DNA of 24,124 nucleotides. It comes from a virus. Lineage: Duplodnaviria; Caudoviricetes. Within the stretch, counting starts at the first letter, position 1; each line of letters begins with the position of its first letter. Where the stretch lies: positions 1 to 24,124 of the IMG/VR virus record IMGVR_UViG_3300049899_001442; one strand, written 5' to 3'. Below the pieces are notes generated by a model, which was not told the origin of the DNA, did not search any database, and saw only the letters and a program-made list of their open reading frames with translations. Shown here one piece after another: positions 1-7,310 of this stretch. The position numbers and the translations under genes were made by a program.

Positions 1-867
1 TTCAAACTTCTCTGATCCCATTTCCGCTATATCTCTTTCTTCACTCTTCCAATCCACATACGTAACTGGAATATTATATTTAACCAATTCGTTTATCATT
101 TTAAACATTTTCTTTTTAGCGTCTGCATCCAACGCAATAATAACCTCTGTGTGGTTCTGTAGTAACCTTCTAAACAGCAGTGATCCACTACCTACATTAC
201 TTCCAAGAATGGGTACAGCGTTCTTACGAGAGAGAATGGCGTCGAATATTCCCTCTACAATATATAAAGGTTTGTCCCATTCAATCAAATGCTCATTAAA
301 GATTACTTCTCTTTTTGAAGCCATCGCATTCTTATACTTGTAATTTTCAAACGGTTGAATACTTCTCGCTACATAATAATTTAAATTATGATCTCTATCA
401 TATGACGGAAATAATACTCGTTGATCACTTACACTATAATGAATATCATATTTCAGAATGTCCTCTTTACCCATCCCTCTTTTTAAAAGATATTCTACGG
501 CTGGTTTGTAAAAAGCTTTTTCTATACTTCTGAAAAGATTTTCATATCCCTTTGGCAATATTAGTTTCTTCTCTTTAGCTAACTCCTTACCAAAAAGATT
601 GTCTATATCCTCAATATTTATTTTTGTTTGTTCATTAAAAATATTTTTATATTGATTGGGGTTAGCAACATTTATTCTCTTTAACAAATAGATTAAGCTC
701 TTACCTCTTACCTCACAATGGTAGCAGTTATATACACCTTTTTCTACATTAATAGTAAGTTTATTATTATGATGGTGACAAAATGGGCAATGAAAATAAG
801 AGTTTCCATTTCTATCTGTCATTTTAGGTGATCCGAAATACTTGACTAAAACATCTATTTTATTCAC
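1..867 (-). CDS. DNA primase (Zn-finger + TOPRIM), 3' end runs off the window
   Basis: Not in the ORF track; translated by hand from GTG at 867: MNKIDVLVKYFGSPK...HCPFCHHHNNKLTINVEKGVYNCYHC (Zn ribbon)...VLFPSYD...YVARS...YIVEGIFDA...IALDADA (TOPRIM E and DxD motifs). Frame is open to position 1. Confidence 0.9.
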   Translation of the reverse strand, partial: MNKIDVLVKYFGSPKMTDRNGNSYFHCPFCHHHNNKLTINVEKGVYNCYHCEVRGKSLIYLLKRINVANPNQYKNIFNEQTKINIEDIDNLFGKELAKEKKLILPKGYENLFRSIEKAFYKPAVEYLLKRGMGKEDILKYDIHYSVSDQRVLFPSYDRDHNLNYYVARSIQPFENYKYKNAMASKREVIFNEHLIEWDKPLYIVEGIFDAILSRKNAVPILGSNVGSGSLLFRRLLQNHTEVIIALDADAKKKMFKMINELVKYNIPVTYVDWKSEERDIAEMGSEKFE

Positions 868-904
868 TTCTTTATTTCCTTAAATAAAAATTTAACATAC
901 ATAT

Positions 905-940
905 AATATAACCAATTTTTTACATCTTGTCAAGGCTTTT
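905..940 (-). promoter_or_regulatory. sigma70-type promoter (copy 1) upstream of primase
   Basis: Minus strand AAAAAGCC-TTGACA (933-928), 17-nt spacer ending AATTGGT, then TATATT (910-905). One of four matching copies. Confidence 0.85.
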
Positions 941-943
941 TTA

Positions 944-1555
944 TTAAAAAGGTAATAATTCTTCTTCTATAATCGGAGGCGGTTTCAGTTCTATTTCTAA
1001 CTGAGGTGGGAATATTTCTGCAGCTCTTGCTCGTGCTACAACAATGGCATCTGCAACATCATACGCCATCTTATCAAACTCTGGTTTTGTTTTCATCAAA
1101 GGTAAAAGAGGCTTTACCTCTGGGTGAAGCTCTATTATTCTTCGTAGGATGAAATCTTTTGATTTTGTGCCACGCGGCACTTTACAATCTGCAAGGTTTC
1201 TTCCCCGTATTACATTCATCATGGTGGGAGGTTTCCCTAACATCTCATAACATTTGCGCTGTATAATAGCATTAAAAGAGGCAAGAGTAATTATTGTTTT
1301 GATATTGGATTTACCAGAGATAAACTTTGTGATGATGTCTTCAATTACTACTTCAGTTATTTTATCAGTGTTTTTGTTTAAAGTATCTAAAACCTCAAAC
1401 ATCATATCAACTTTTGTGTGTATATCTTTTTTATTTTTTAACGCTACGTGACCTGCTGTTTCTAATTTGTTTTCGTTAAGGTTCCATATGGCGTAACCGG
1501 TGCAGAAAGTACTAACATCTAGTGCTAGCAAATATCCTTCTGCACCGGTTCCCAT
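944..1555 (-). CDS. RuvC-like Holliday junction resolvase
   Basis: RNase H-fold acidic motifs LALDVSTFCTGYA, VVIED and DVADAIVVA; phage replication context. Confidence 0.8.
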   Translation of the reverse strand: MGTGAEGYLLALDVSTFCTGYAIWNLNENKLETAGHVALKNKKDIHTKVDMMFEVLDTLNKNTDKITEVVIEDIITKFISGKSNIKTIITLASFNAIIQRKCYEMLGKPPTMMNVIRGRNLADCKVPRGTKSKDFILRRIIELHPEVKPLLPLMKTKPEFDKMAYDVADAIVVARARAAEIFPPQLEIELKPPPIIEEELLPF

Positions 1556-1561
1556 ATCAGT

Positions 1562-2182
1562 TTACCAAGACTTACTTATGATTAAGTAAGGGGTTTCTGT
1601 ATCTGGATTATAGATGAATGAAGCACCATAACCGGCGTCTGTCTCAACACCTACACCAACATTGACAAGGGCAAAGTCACTACCTTCAGCAACATAGCCG
1701 CCGTCACCAGCACCAACGAACAAGTTGAACTCATCCAACGTGTAACCGAGTTCTATGTATGTATCATTCTTAACAGCATCGCCATTAATAAATCTACCTA
1801 CAAATAAATCAACTCCGGCATACGAAGTAGAAACACCTACTTCAATATCGTGGCTGTCGGCATCAAGAAAAGGGCCGTCATAGTAATAAGAAGTAACACC
1901 AATAGAACCATACCCATCAATTTCCTGCGACACAGTAATGTCAATCTCTGTTTCGCCAGTGGTAATTGGAGTTTGGCCCCATAGCTCTATATTGGTTGTA
2001 CCAATATTAGAATCAAAGGGTACACTAACAGTAGGTTGAATGGATAGGCTAGCCGGTCCAGCTGCACCTCTCCATACGTGGCGACTAAAAAGGTCAACCC
2101 CTACTTCGGTTTCACCAAAGGTTGGTATTACACTAACAAGCAATGCAAACAAAATTGCACATTTTGCAATAAACTTCGTCAT
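1562..2182 (-). CDS. Outer-membrane beta-barrel protein, TorF/TIGR02001-like putative porin
   Basis: Signal peptide; N-terminal GVDLFSRHVWRG...SIQP and EIDITVS motifs; alternating amphipathic strands rich in G/Y/V; C-terminal aromatic residue (IISKSW); strong AAGGAGG RBS. Confidence 0.75.
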   Translation of the reverse strand: MTKFIAKCAILFALLVSVIPTFGETEVGVDLFSRHVWRGAAGPASLSIQPTVSVPFDSNIGTTNIELWGQTPITTGETEIDITVSQEIDGYGSIGVTSYYYDGPFLDADSHDIEVGVSTSYAGVDLFVGRFINGDAVKNDTYIELGYTLDEFNLFVGAGDGGYVAEGSDFALVNVGVGVETDAGYGASFIYNPDTETPYLIISKSW

Positions 2183-2234
2183 ACATTATCCTCCTTTTAA
2201 AAGGGAAAAATTTTCTACGTCAACATTTTGACAT

Positions 2235-2663
2235 TCACGCTTTTTTGTTGAGTTGTGGAAACTCAACAATACTCTGATCACTTTTCTCTGGATCATTTTC
2301 TTTTTCATCATTAGATTTAGGCATAAACCGTTTGGGTGCGATTCCTTCCCTATCTAAAAGATCAAGAATATCATTTGCGTTAACAGAATCTTTGCTTTCC
2401 ATTTCTAAATCTAATAGCTTGTGAGATGCTGTAATCATCTTAATAAGATTTTCTGTAGCTTTATGTGCCGAATCTAAATATGGATGTGGTTTATCACCCG
2501 ACATAAAAAGATCTTCATTATCTTTTACCATCTCTCTAAATTTTTTAAAGGTAGCCATTGCCTCTTCTCTTTCTTCAAGAGATTGCTTAAAGATAACATT
2601 AAATATCTCGTCAAGGCTCTTACCTTCAAATAAACTTATTTCTTTTAATCTATCAAGACTCAT
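2235..2663 (-). CDS. Hypothetical helical phage protein
   Basis: 142-aa ORF overlapping the upstream gene's stop; no recognisable catalytic motif. Confidence 0.7.
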   Translation of the reverse strand: MSLDRLKEISLFEGKSLDEIFNVIFKQSLEEREEAMATFKKFREMVKDNEDLFMSGDKPHPYLDSAHKATENLIKMITASHKLLDLEMESKDSVNANDILDLLDREGIAPKRFMPKSNDEKENDPEKSDQSIVEFPQLNKKA

Positions 2664-2943
2664 CTACTTCTTCACCTAAAGTGTTAAATTTATAATTTTC
2701 ATCTACTTGTTGTAAATAGTAACTAATCTCTTGTAATTGACCAACGAAACTTTTTATTATGGAGTCATTAGTATATATTTCTCTTGATAAAACCCCTTGT
2801 ATGTTTTCATTAAGGTCACCTAATCTGCCATGCATATCACCATAAATGTCCTCATAAAAACTTATCCTATTTATAGAGCGATATAGAGCGATTGCTAGAC
2901 CCACTGATAGTATAATAAATATCACAGATACAGTCTCAAACAT
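2653..2943 (-). CDS. Hypothetical protein with N-terminal TM helix and coiled coil
   Basis: Hydrophobic VSVIFIILSVGLAIALY; ATG at 2943 overlaps the TGA of the upstream small ORF (track start is GTG at 2946). Confidence 0.7.
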   Translation of the reverse strand: MFETVSVIFIILSVGLAIALYRSINRISFYEDIYGDMHGRLGDLNENIQGVLSREIYTNDSIIKSFVGQLQEISYYLQQVDENYKFNTLGEEVDES

Positions 2944-3062
2944 CACATTTCATCATCATATGGGTAGTCACTTATAAGTTCTCCTTTATTGTGCAGATGC
3001 GCAAACCATAGCCCACCGACTATAATGTGAGCAGCGTAAATAGATAAAACCCAATAAAGCAT
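2943..3062 (-). CDS. Small membrane peptide (39 aa)
   Basis: Hand-translated MLYWVLSIYAAHIIVGGLWFAHLHNKGELISDYPYDDEM*; GGAGG RBS; fills the gap and is coupled to the next gene. Confidence 0.65.
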   Translation of the reverse strand: MLYWVLSIYAAHIIVGGLWFAHLHNKGELISDYPYDDEM

Positions 3063-3123
3063 TTACTGCCTCCAGTTGTTAAATGTGTTTATTACTATAA
3101 GAAAAAAGATATACTTTATAAAC

Positions 3124-4113
3124 CTAATAATTCATAATTAAAACTTCTTCACCTATACTTTGTGCTTGACCGGCTTTAGCACCAGAAGCTTTGACAAACT
3201 CTTTTGTTTCCCATTTGTATTTATCTTTGGGATACATATTACTTAGCTCATCAAAGTCATAGTAAGAAAGGGAAAACTTGCCTTTCATATTATGGAGACA
3301 ATCCTTCAGTTGAAAATGTTCTTCCCTTCCAAAGCCATGCAAGCTATAATAATCTTCAGTGTTCCAGTAAGGTGGATCACAATAGAAGTAAGTTGTAGGT
3401 GAATCGTACTTAGCGATGACCTCTTCAAAGGACATATTCTCGCAGGTAGTAATATTCTTTAGCCTGCGCATATTATCTTCATCATCTAGTTTCTTATGAA
3501 ACGCTGCAAACTTAGAGCTATTCTTTTTTGAATCATCCGTAAAGGTAGCTTCAACAGCAGCCGCTCCCGAAAAACAATTGGTAAGAAGAAAAACATATTG
3601 CATTGCAGCCATTTGATCTTTTCTACCGGCTTTTATTTTCTCCCCAAACTTCTCACTTATCTGACCATTAACCTCTACTCTTCGCTTTCTTGCAAAATCT
3701 AACACCTCATTTAAAGCCTTACGTTCCTTCTTGACAATAGATTTATCCTCTAAGATTTTTCTCAGAGTTGTAATAGCAAAAGTGCTGGCAAACATATCGT
3801 CCTTACATTTATAAAAGAATTTACGACATTCATCAAGAGGGCTTTTATTCTCTCCCGATTGTAGTGGAGGATTCTTCTCATCAATAAATTTGTTGAATTG
3901 TTTGGGGTTAGATGCGCACTTATAAAGATTAACCATATAAGGGTTGAAATCATTGTATATGTGTTGCTTTGTTGCTAAAGGGTTATCTAAATCACTTTTC
4001 ATATAAACCCAAAAAGCTCCACCGAAAACTTCGCAATAAGTCTCTATACCCTTTGGAATAAAACTATGTATCCAAGGAGCCATTCTTTGTTTTCCACCTA
4101 TGTATGGAATCAA
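3124..4113 (-). CDS. DNA adenine methyltransferase (Dam/D12 class)
   Basis: IPYIGGK, EVFGGA (SAM-binding motif I), YNDFN, catalytic DPPY, C-terminal EVLIMNY; TTG start. Confidence 0.92.
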   Translation of the reverse strand: MIPYIGGKQRMAPWIHSFIPKGIETYCEVFGGAFWVYMKSDLDNPLATKQHIYNDFNPYMVNLYKCASNPKQFNKFIDEKNPPLQSGENKSPLDECRKFFYKCKDDMFASTFAITTLRKILEDKSIVKKERKALNEVLDFARKRRVEVNGQISEKFGEKIKAGRKDQMAAMQYVFLLTNCFSGAAAVEATFTDDSKKNSSKFAAFHKKLDDEDNMRRLKNITTCENMSFEEVIAKYDSPTTYFYCDPPYWNTEDYYSLHGFGREEHFQLKDCLHNMKGKFSLSYYDFDELSNMYPKDKYKWETKEFVKASGAKAGQAQSIGEEVLIMNY

Positions 4114-4140
4114 TATAAAACCTCTTTTCTTAATTAAAAA

Positions 4141-4296
4141 CTAGTTGTCTAAAAACTTTTTACAATATTCATCCATCATAGATTTAGTCTCTTCTATATC
4201 TTTATATGGTCCGTGTTGCTCTTGCCCGACTTCATCCCAAAAATACCAGCCGTCAGATTCTTTTACAATATGTTTATCGTGCCACGTATCACTCAT
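4141..4296 (-). CDS. Small phage protein (51 aa), GWYFWDE...HGPY motif
   Basis: Hand-translated MSDTWHDKHIVKESDGWYFWDEVGQEQHGPYKDIEETKSMMDEYCKKFLDN*; start overlaps the end of the upstream gene. Confidence 0.75.
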   Translation of the reverse strand: MSDTWHDKHIVKESDGWYFWDEVGQEQHGPYKDIEETKSMMDEYCKKFLDN

Positions 4297-4621
4297 CCTT
4301 ACCTTCTTCGTCAAACATACTTAATATATCATCCATTGAATGTAAACTCTGTGGCTCTGGTTTTTCCTTCTCTTTTTTAATTTGACTTAACCTTTCTTTT
4401 TGATCTTTGGTCAGCCCACTATCTAATATGTCTTTAAAGTCTTCGTCAGGAGTAAACATAATAAATTCTTCACCTTCTTCAAACTCATTTAAGTTCTCTA
4501 AGACTTCAATATATTCTTCTAGATCACCAATATGCTGTAGAAGTCTTTCTTGTCCCTCAAGAAGAGTAGCTACAATATTAATTAATTTGTTTGCATTATC
4601 TATCTTAGCTTTTCTACTCAT
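4289..4621 (-). CDS. Acidic hypothetical protein
   Basis: Likely start ATG at 4621 after AAGGAG (track start 4639); coiled-coil and acidic composition. Confidence 0.7.
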   Translation of the reverse strand: MSRKAKIDNANKLINIVATLLEGQERLLQHIGDLEEYIEVLENLNEFEEGEEFIMFTPDEDFKDILDSGLTKDQKERLSQIKKEKEKPEPQSLHSMDDILSMFDEEGKDE

Positions 4622-4631
4622 GCCATTCTCC

Positions 4632-5021
4632 TTAATCACTAAACAGTTGTTCTAAATCAAAATTATCTAGAGGTTTCTCTATTTTTAAATCTTTCAGCTT
4701 GTTATTCTCTACAATAAGCTTAGTACCTCCAGATACAAACTTTTTTCCATCCACCCCCTTCTTAATAGTATAAAGATAAAATACTGTCTTCCACATGGAT
4801 ACCCTAACAATCCGGCCGGGCCGACCATCTAATATAATTATGTCATCATTATTATAATCATCTCCAACGAATATAAGAAGTCCGGCTATAGAAGATTCTA
4901 TCGTAGTTTTAAAAAACAACATCATCAATCCTGCCAAAAATATCCACCCATACTCACCCAACAAAACACTTATATTACCCTGTATAATATTTTCTATTTG
5001 ATGTGCAGCTTCTTTTTCCAT
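4632..5021 (-). CDS. MscS-like (mechanosensitive channel core) small membrane protein
   Basis: TM segment, then SSIAGLLIFVGDDYNNDDIIILDGRPGRIVRVSMWKTVF, resembling the MscS TM3 plus Sm-like beta domain (GD.I..G..G.V..I....T); ends with IVENNKL. Confidence 0.55.
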   Translation of the reverse strand: MEKEAAHQIENIIQGNISVLLGEYGWIFLAGLMMLFFKTTIESSIAGLLIFVGDDYNNDDIIILDGRPGRIVRVSMWKTVFYLYTIKKGVDGKKFVSGGTKLIVENNKLKDLKIEKPLDNFDLEQLFSD

Positions 5022-5102
5022 CTAATCTCTCCGACTGGCATAATTTTTGTTTACTATTATGTAAGGTTAAATAACACACCAATAGAAGGTTTTGATAGGT
5101 TT

Positions 5103-5549
5103 TTATTTCTCACCCCCCTTAATAAGAGAGGAAATATTTTCTTTAACTTGATTGTAGTTCTCAATCAATTCTTTTTCTTTGATACGTAACATTTTAAATC
5201 CTTCTTTTTTTGCTAACCAATTCTTCGTAGCATCATTTTTCTTTGCCATCATACCAGCGTAACTAGGTTTATTACCTATATCACCGTGCCAATAAGCGCC
5301 ATCAACTTCTATCAACACTCCGTAGTCTATCAAATGGAAATCAAAATACCGATAACCTTGCAAGTATTTTAATGGCTTTTCTCTTTCATATTCTATTTTT
5401 AAATCGTCTAATATGTCAGCAATCTGTCGTTCTAAGTTAGACATTTCTCTCTTAGCTCTATTCAGCGGTGGATATTTTTGAGAGTTATTTAGCTTTTGTT
5501 TCAGCCTCTTTACTTTATTTTTATTATACTTCGGCTTTTTCTTTGGCAC
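5103..5549 (-). CDS. Vsr/DUF559-like endonuclease
   Basis: SNLERQIADILDDL, YFDF, IEVDGAYWHG, KND..KN..A...GF...RI motifs; basic N-terminal tail. Confidence 0.8.
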   Translation of the reverse strand: MPKKKPKYNKNKVKRLKQKLNNSQKYPPLNRAKREMSNLERQIADILDDLKIEYEREKPLKYLQGYRYFDFHLIDYGVLIEVDGAYWHGDIGNKPSYAGMMAKKNDATKNWLAKKEGFKMLRIKEKELIENYNQVKENISSLIKGGEK

Positions 5550-5754
5550 TTTGTATCTTTTCTTCTAAATTAACAATACGTTCTGTTAACATCCCCAAAC
5601 TTAACTCTAAATTCTTTGCATGGTTTCTATAACCCATCATTAGCTTTTCTGTATCGACTACGCGTTTATGAATTGCTAACAATATTTCGTGCGGCTCAGC
5701 TTCGTCTGCTCTACTAACTTGCTCGGGTGTTAGAATGTTAGTCATTGCCTTCAA
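5524..5754 (-). CDS. Hypothetical coiled-coil protein
   Basis: 76-aa ORF overlapping both neighbours; alternative ATG at 5745. Confidence 0.6.
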   Translation of the reverse strand: MKAMTNILTPEQVSRADEAEPHEILLAIHKRVVDTEKLMMGYRNHAKNLELSLGMLTERIVNLEEKIQSAKEKAEV

Positions 5755-6211
5755 ACCTTTCTTTAAAATAAGATAACATATTATTTATAACTTCATTTTC
5801 CTTTTTTAGATCTTTATTTTCTTTGTTTTTTTTCTTTTGTTCTATTTGTTTTTCTATCTTTTCTTGACTATCCGCAATGGCATTTTCTGAACTACTAGTT
5901 TTTTTTTCTTGAGGTTTACTAGATGTATATTGAGCAGTAACCAATTCAGCAGCATTTAATAACGATGCGTTAAGTTCAGAAATATTAGCATTTAATGTTT
6001 CTATTATTTTAAGAACACTAAAGCATTTCGCATTACCTAAAATAACAGAGATATCGCTGCGAGATAAAGCAATATGCGTATTTTTATCCAGCGCGCTGAT
6101 TTGATTCTTTAACATATCTATTTCTCCCAATAAGCTAATAAATGTATCAAGCTCAGGAGGTATCAACTCACTATTCATTATTGGTCCCATCTGTTTCTGT
6201 CTCCATAACAA
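5738..6211 (-). CDS. Hypothetical coiled-coil protein
   Basis: ORF track; probable real start ATG at 6178 (MNSELI), overlapping the upstream stop. Confidence 0.65.
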   Translation of the reverse strand: MLWRQKQMGPIMNSELIPPELDTFISLLGEIDMLKNQISALDKNTHIALSRSDISVILGNAKCFSVLKIIETLNANISELNASLLNAAELVTAQYTSSKPQEKKTSSSENAIADSQEKIEKQIEQKKKNKENKDLKKENEVINNMLSYFKERFEGND

Positions 6212-6554
6212 CTAGTTTTATATTTTCTAATTGTCCAGCACCATTCAATTTTATATCAATATCGTAGTTATTAACTAATCTAGCTATATTACCTTTACTC
6301 TTATCAAAAAGAAAGTATAACATTCTGTTAAAACCCTGATCCGCATCATCTCTATTTGCCGCATCATAAATAGAATTAATAATAATCCAATTTCTAAAAA
6401 CATTATCCTCTGTTAGATCTTGGTCAGTAAGATCTTCGGGGATCTGTTCGCGAAGCTTATTTGACATTTGCAATAAGTTTTCTTTTATATAGTTTATCCT
6501 ATACTTTAACTTTTCTTCATCAACATCTAACAGTTCTTCTGATGTTTCGCTCAT
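6171..6554 (-). CDS. Hypothetical protein
   Basis: ATG at 6554 preceded by AAGGAG; the track's GTG at 6590 lies inside the hairpin. Confidence 0.7.
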   Translation of the reverse strand: MSETSEELLDVDEEKLKYRINYIKENLLQMSNKLREQIPEDLTDQDLTEDNVFRNWIIINSIYDAANRDDADQGFNRMLYFLFDKSKGNIARLVNNYDIDIKLNGAGQLENIKLVVMETETDGTNNE

Positions 6555-6568
6555 AAAAAACTCCTTAT

Positions 6569-6659
6569 AAAAAAGGTTAACTCCAAACACTTTTAAATTA
6601 ATGTTGGATAAAAACCATTATGAGAGATAATCCAACTTAAAAATGCTCGTAGTTAACCC
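6569..6659 (-). other. Long RNA hairpin followed by a U6 tract (terminator, processing site or regulatory leader)
   Basis: Minus strand GGGUUAACUACGAGCAUUUUUAA pairs with UUAAAAGUGUUUGGAGUUAACCU (one mismatch, several G-U pairs); inner stem GUUGGAU/AUCCAAC; then UUUUUU and the AAGGAG RBS. Confidence 0.7.
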
Positions 6660-6673
6660 ATATCTAAATACCT

Positions 6674-7279
6674 TCATTCTCCGGACCCTTCTCCCATTAT
6701 ACCATCCGATGAAAAAACATATTTTTTTAATTCTTTATCCATTTCATAGATGGATAATTCCTTATTTTCTTTACTATTTTCTATGTTAAACCCTAACACA
6801 TCATCATCCTCATCACACTTTTGCATAATATAAGGAATATTAAGTGGAATAAAAAAGTCATGGGAGTTAGGGTTAACTATTACTGTCTCTATTGGTGAAT
6901 TTATCAATTGTTGAGTTAACATATCTGGCCCTATAGATATGTGAGTAGTCATGTTATTTTTCATAATCTCATTAATTTTATACAACGACATATTAACCAA
7001 AACTACCTTAGGTCCAAAGTTCTCTCTAACTTGACGAATAATGTCTGACTTATTTATATAGTTACTTGCAATATACTCATCAGTAAAAGCAACAATAGCT
7101 TTTTCTTCATTACTTAAAGTAACAGTATATAATTGATTACCCTCTACATTTCCCACAAACCACATATGAAAATCGTTTTTAACTAACCTATTAAATACTA
7201 TTTGAGCGGCAAGTCGGCCAGGCTTATTTTCTATTTCTACATGAGACCATTTGCGTAGATCTTCTTTAAAAGACTCCAT
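6674..7279 (-). CDS. Hypothetical protein, possible SseB-like N-terminal domain
   Basis: KAIVAFTDE...VIVNPNS pattern resembles the SseB family (xPxFTs...gvviNP); GGAG RBS. Confidence 0.55.
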   Translation of the reverse strand: MESFKEDLRKWSHVEIENKPGRLAAQIVFNRLVKNDFHMWFVGNVEGNQLYTVTLSNEEKAIVAFTDEYIASNYINKSDIIRQVRENFGPKVVLVNMSLYKINEIMKNNMTTHISIGPDMLTQQLINSPIETVIVNPNSHDFFIPLNIPYIMQKCDEDDDVLGFNIENSKENKELSIYEMDKELKKYVFSSDGIMGEGSGE

Positions 7280-7310
7280 AATATATCTCCATAATAAATA
7301 TCAACCTAAC

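Noticed and set aside
3124-5549. Methyltransferase plus Vsr/DUF559 nuclease as a restriction-modification or very-short-patch repair pair
   Set aside because: They are separated by three unrelated genes, and true Vsr partners cytosine methyltransferases whereas this enzyme has an amino-MTase DPPY motif.
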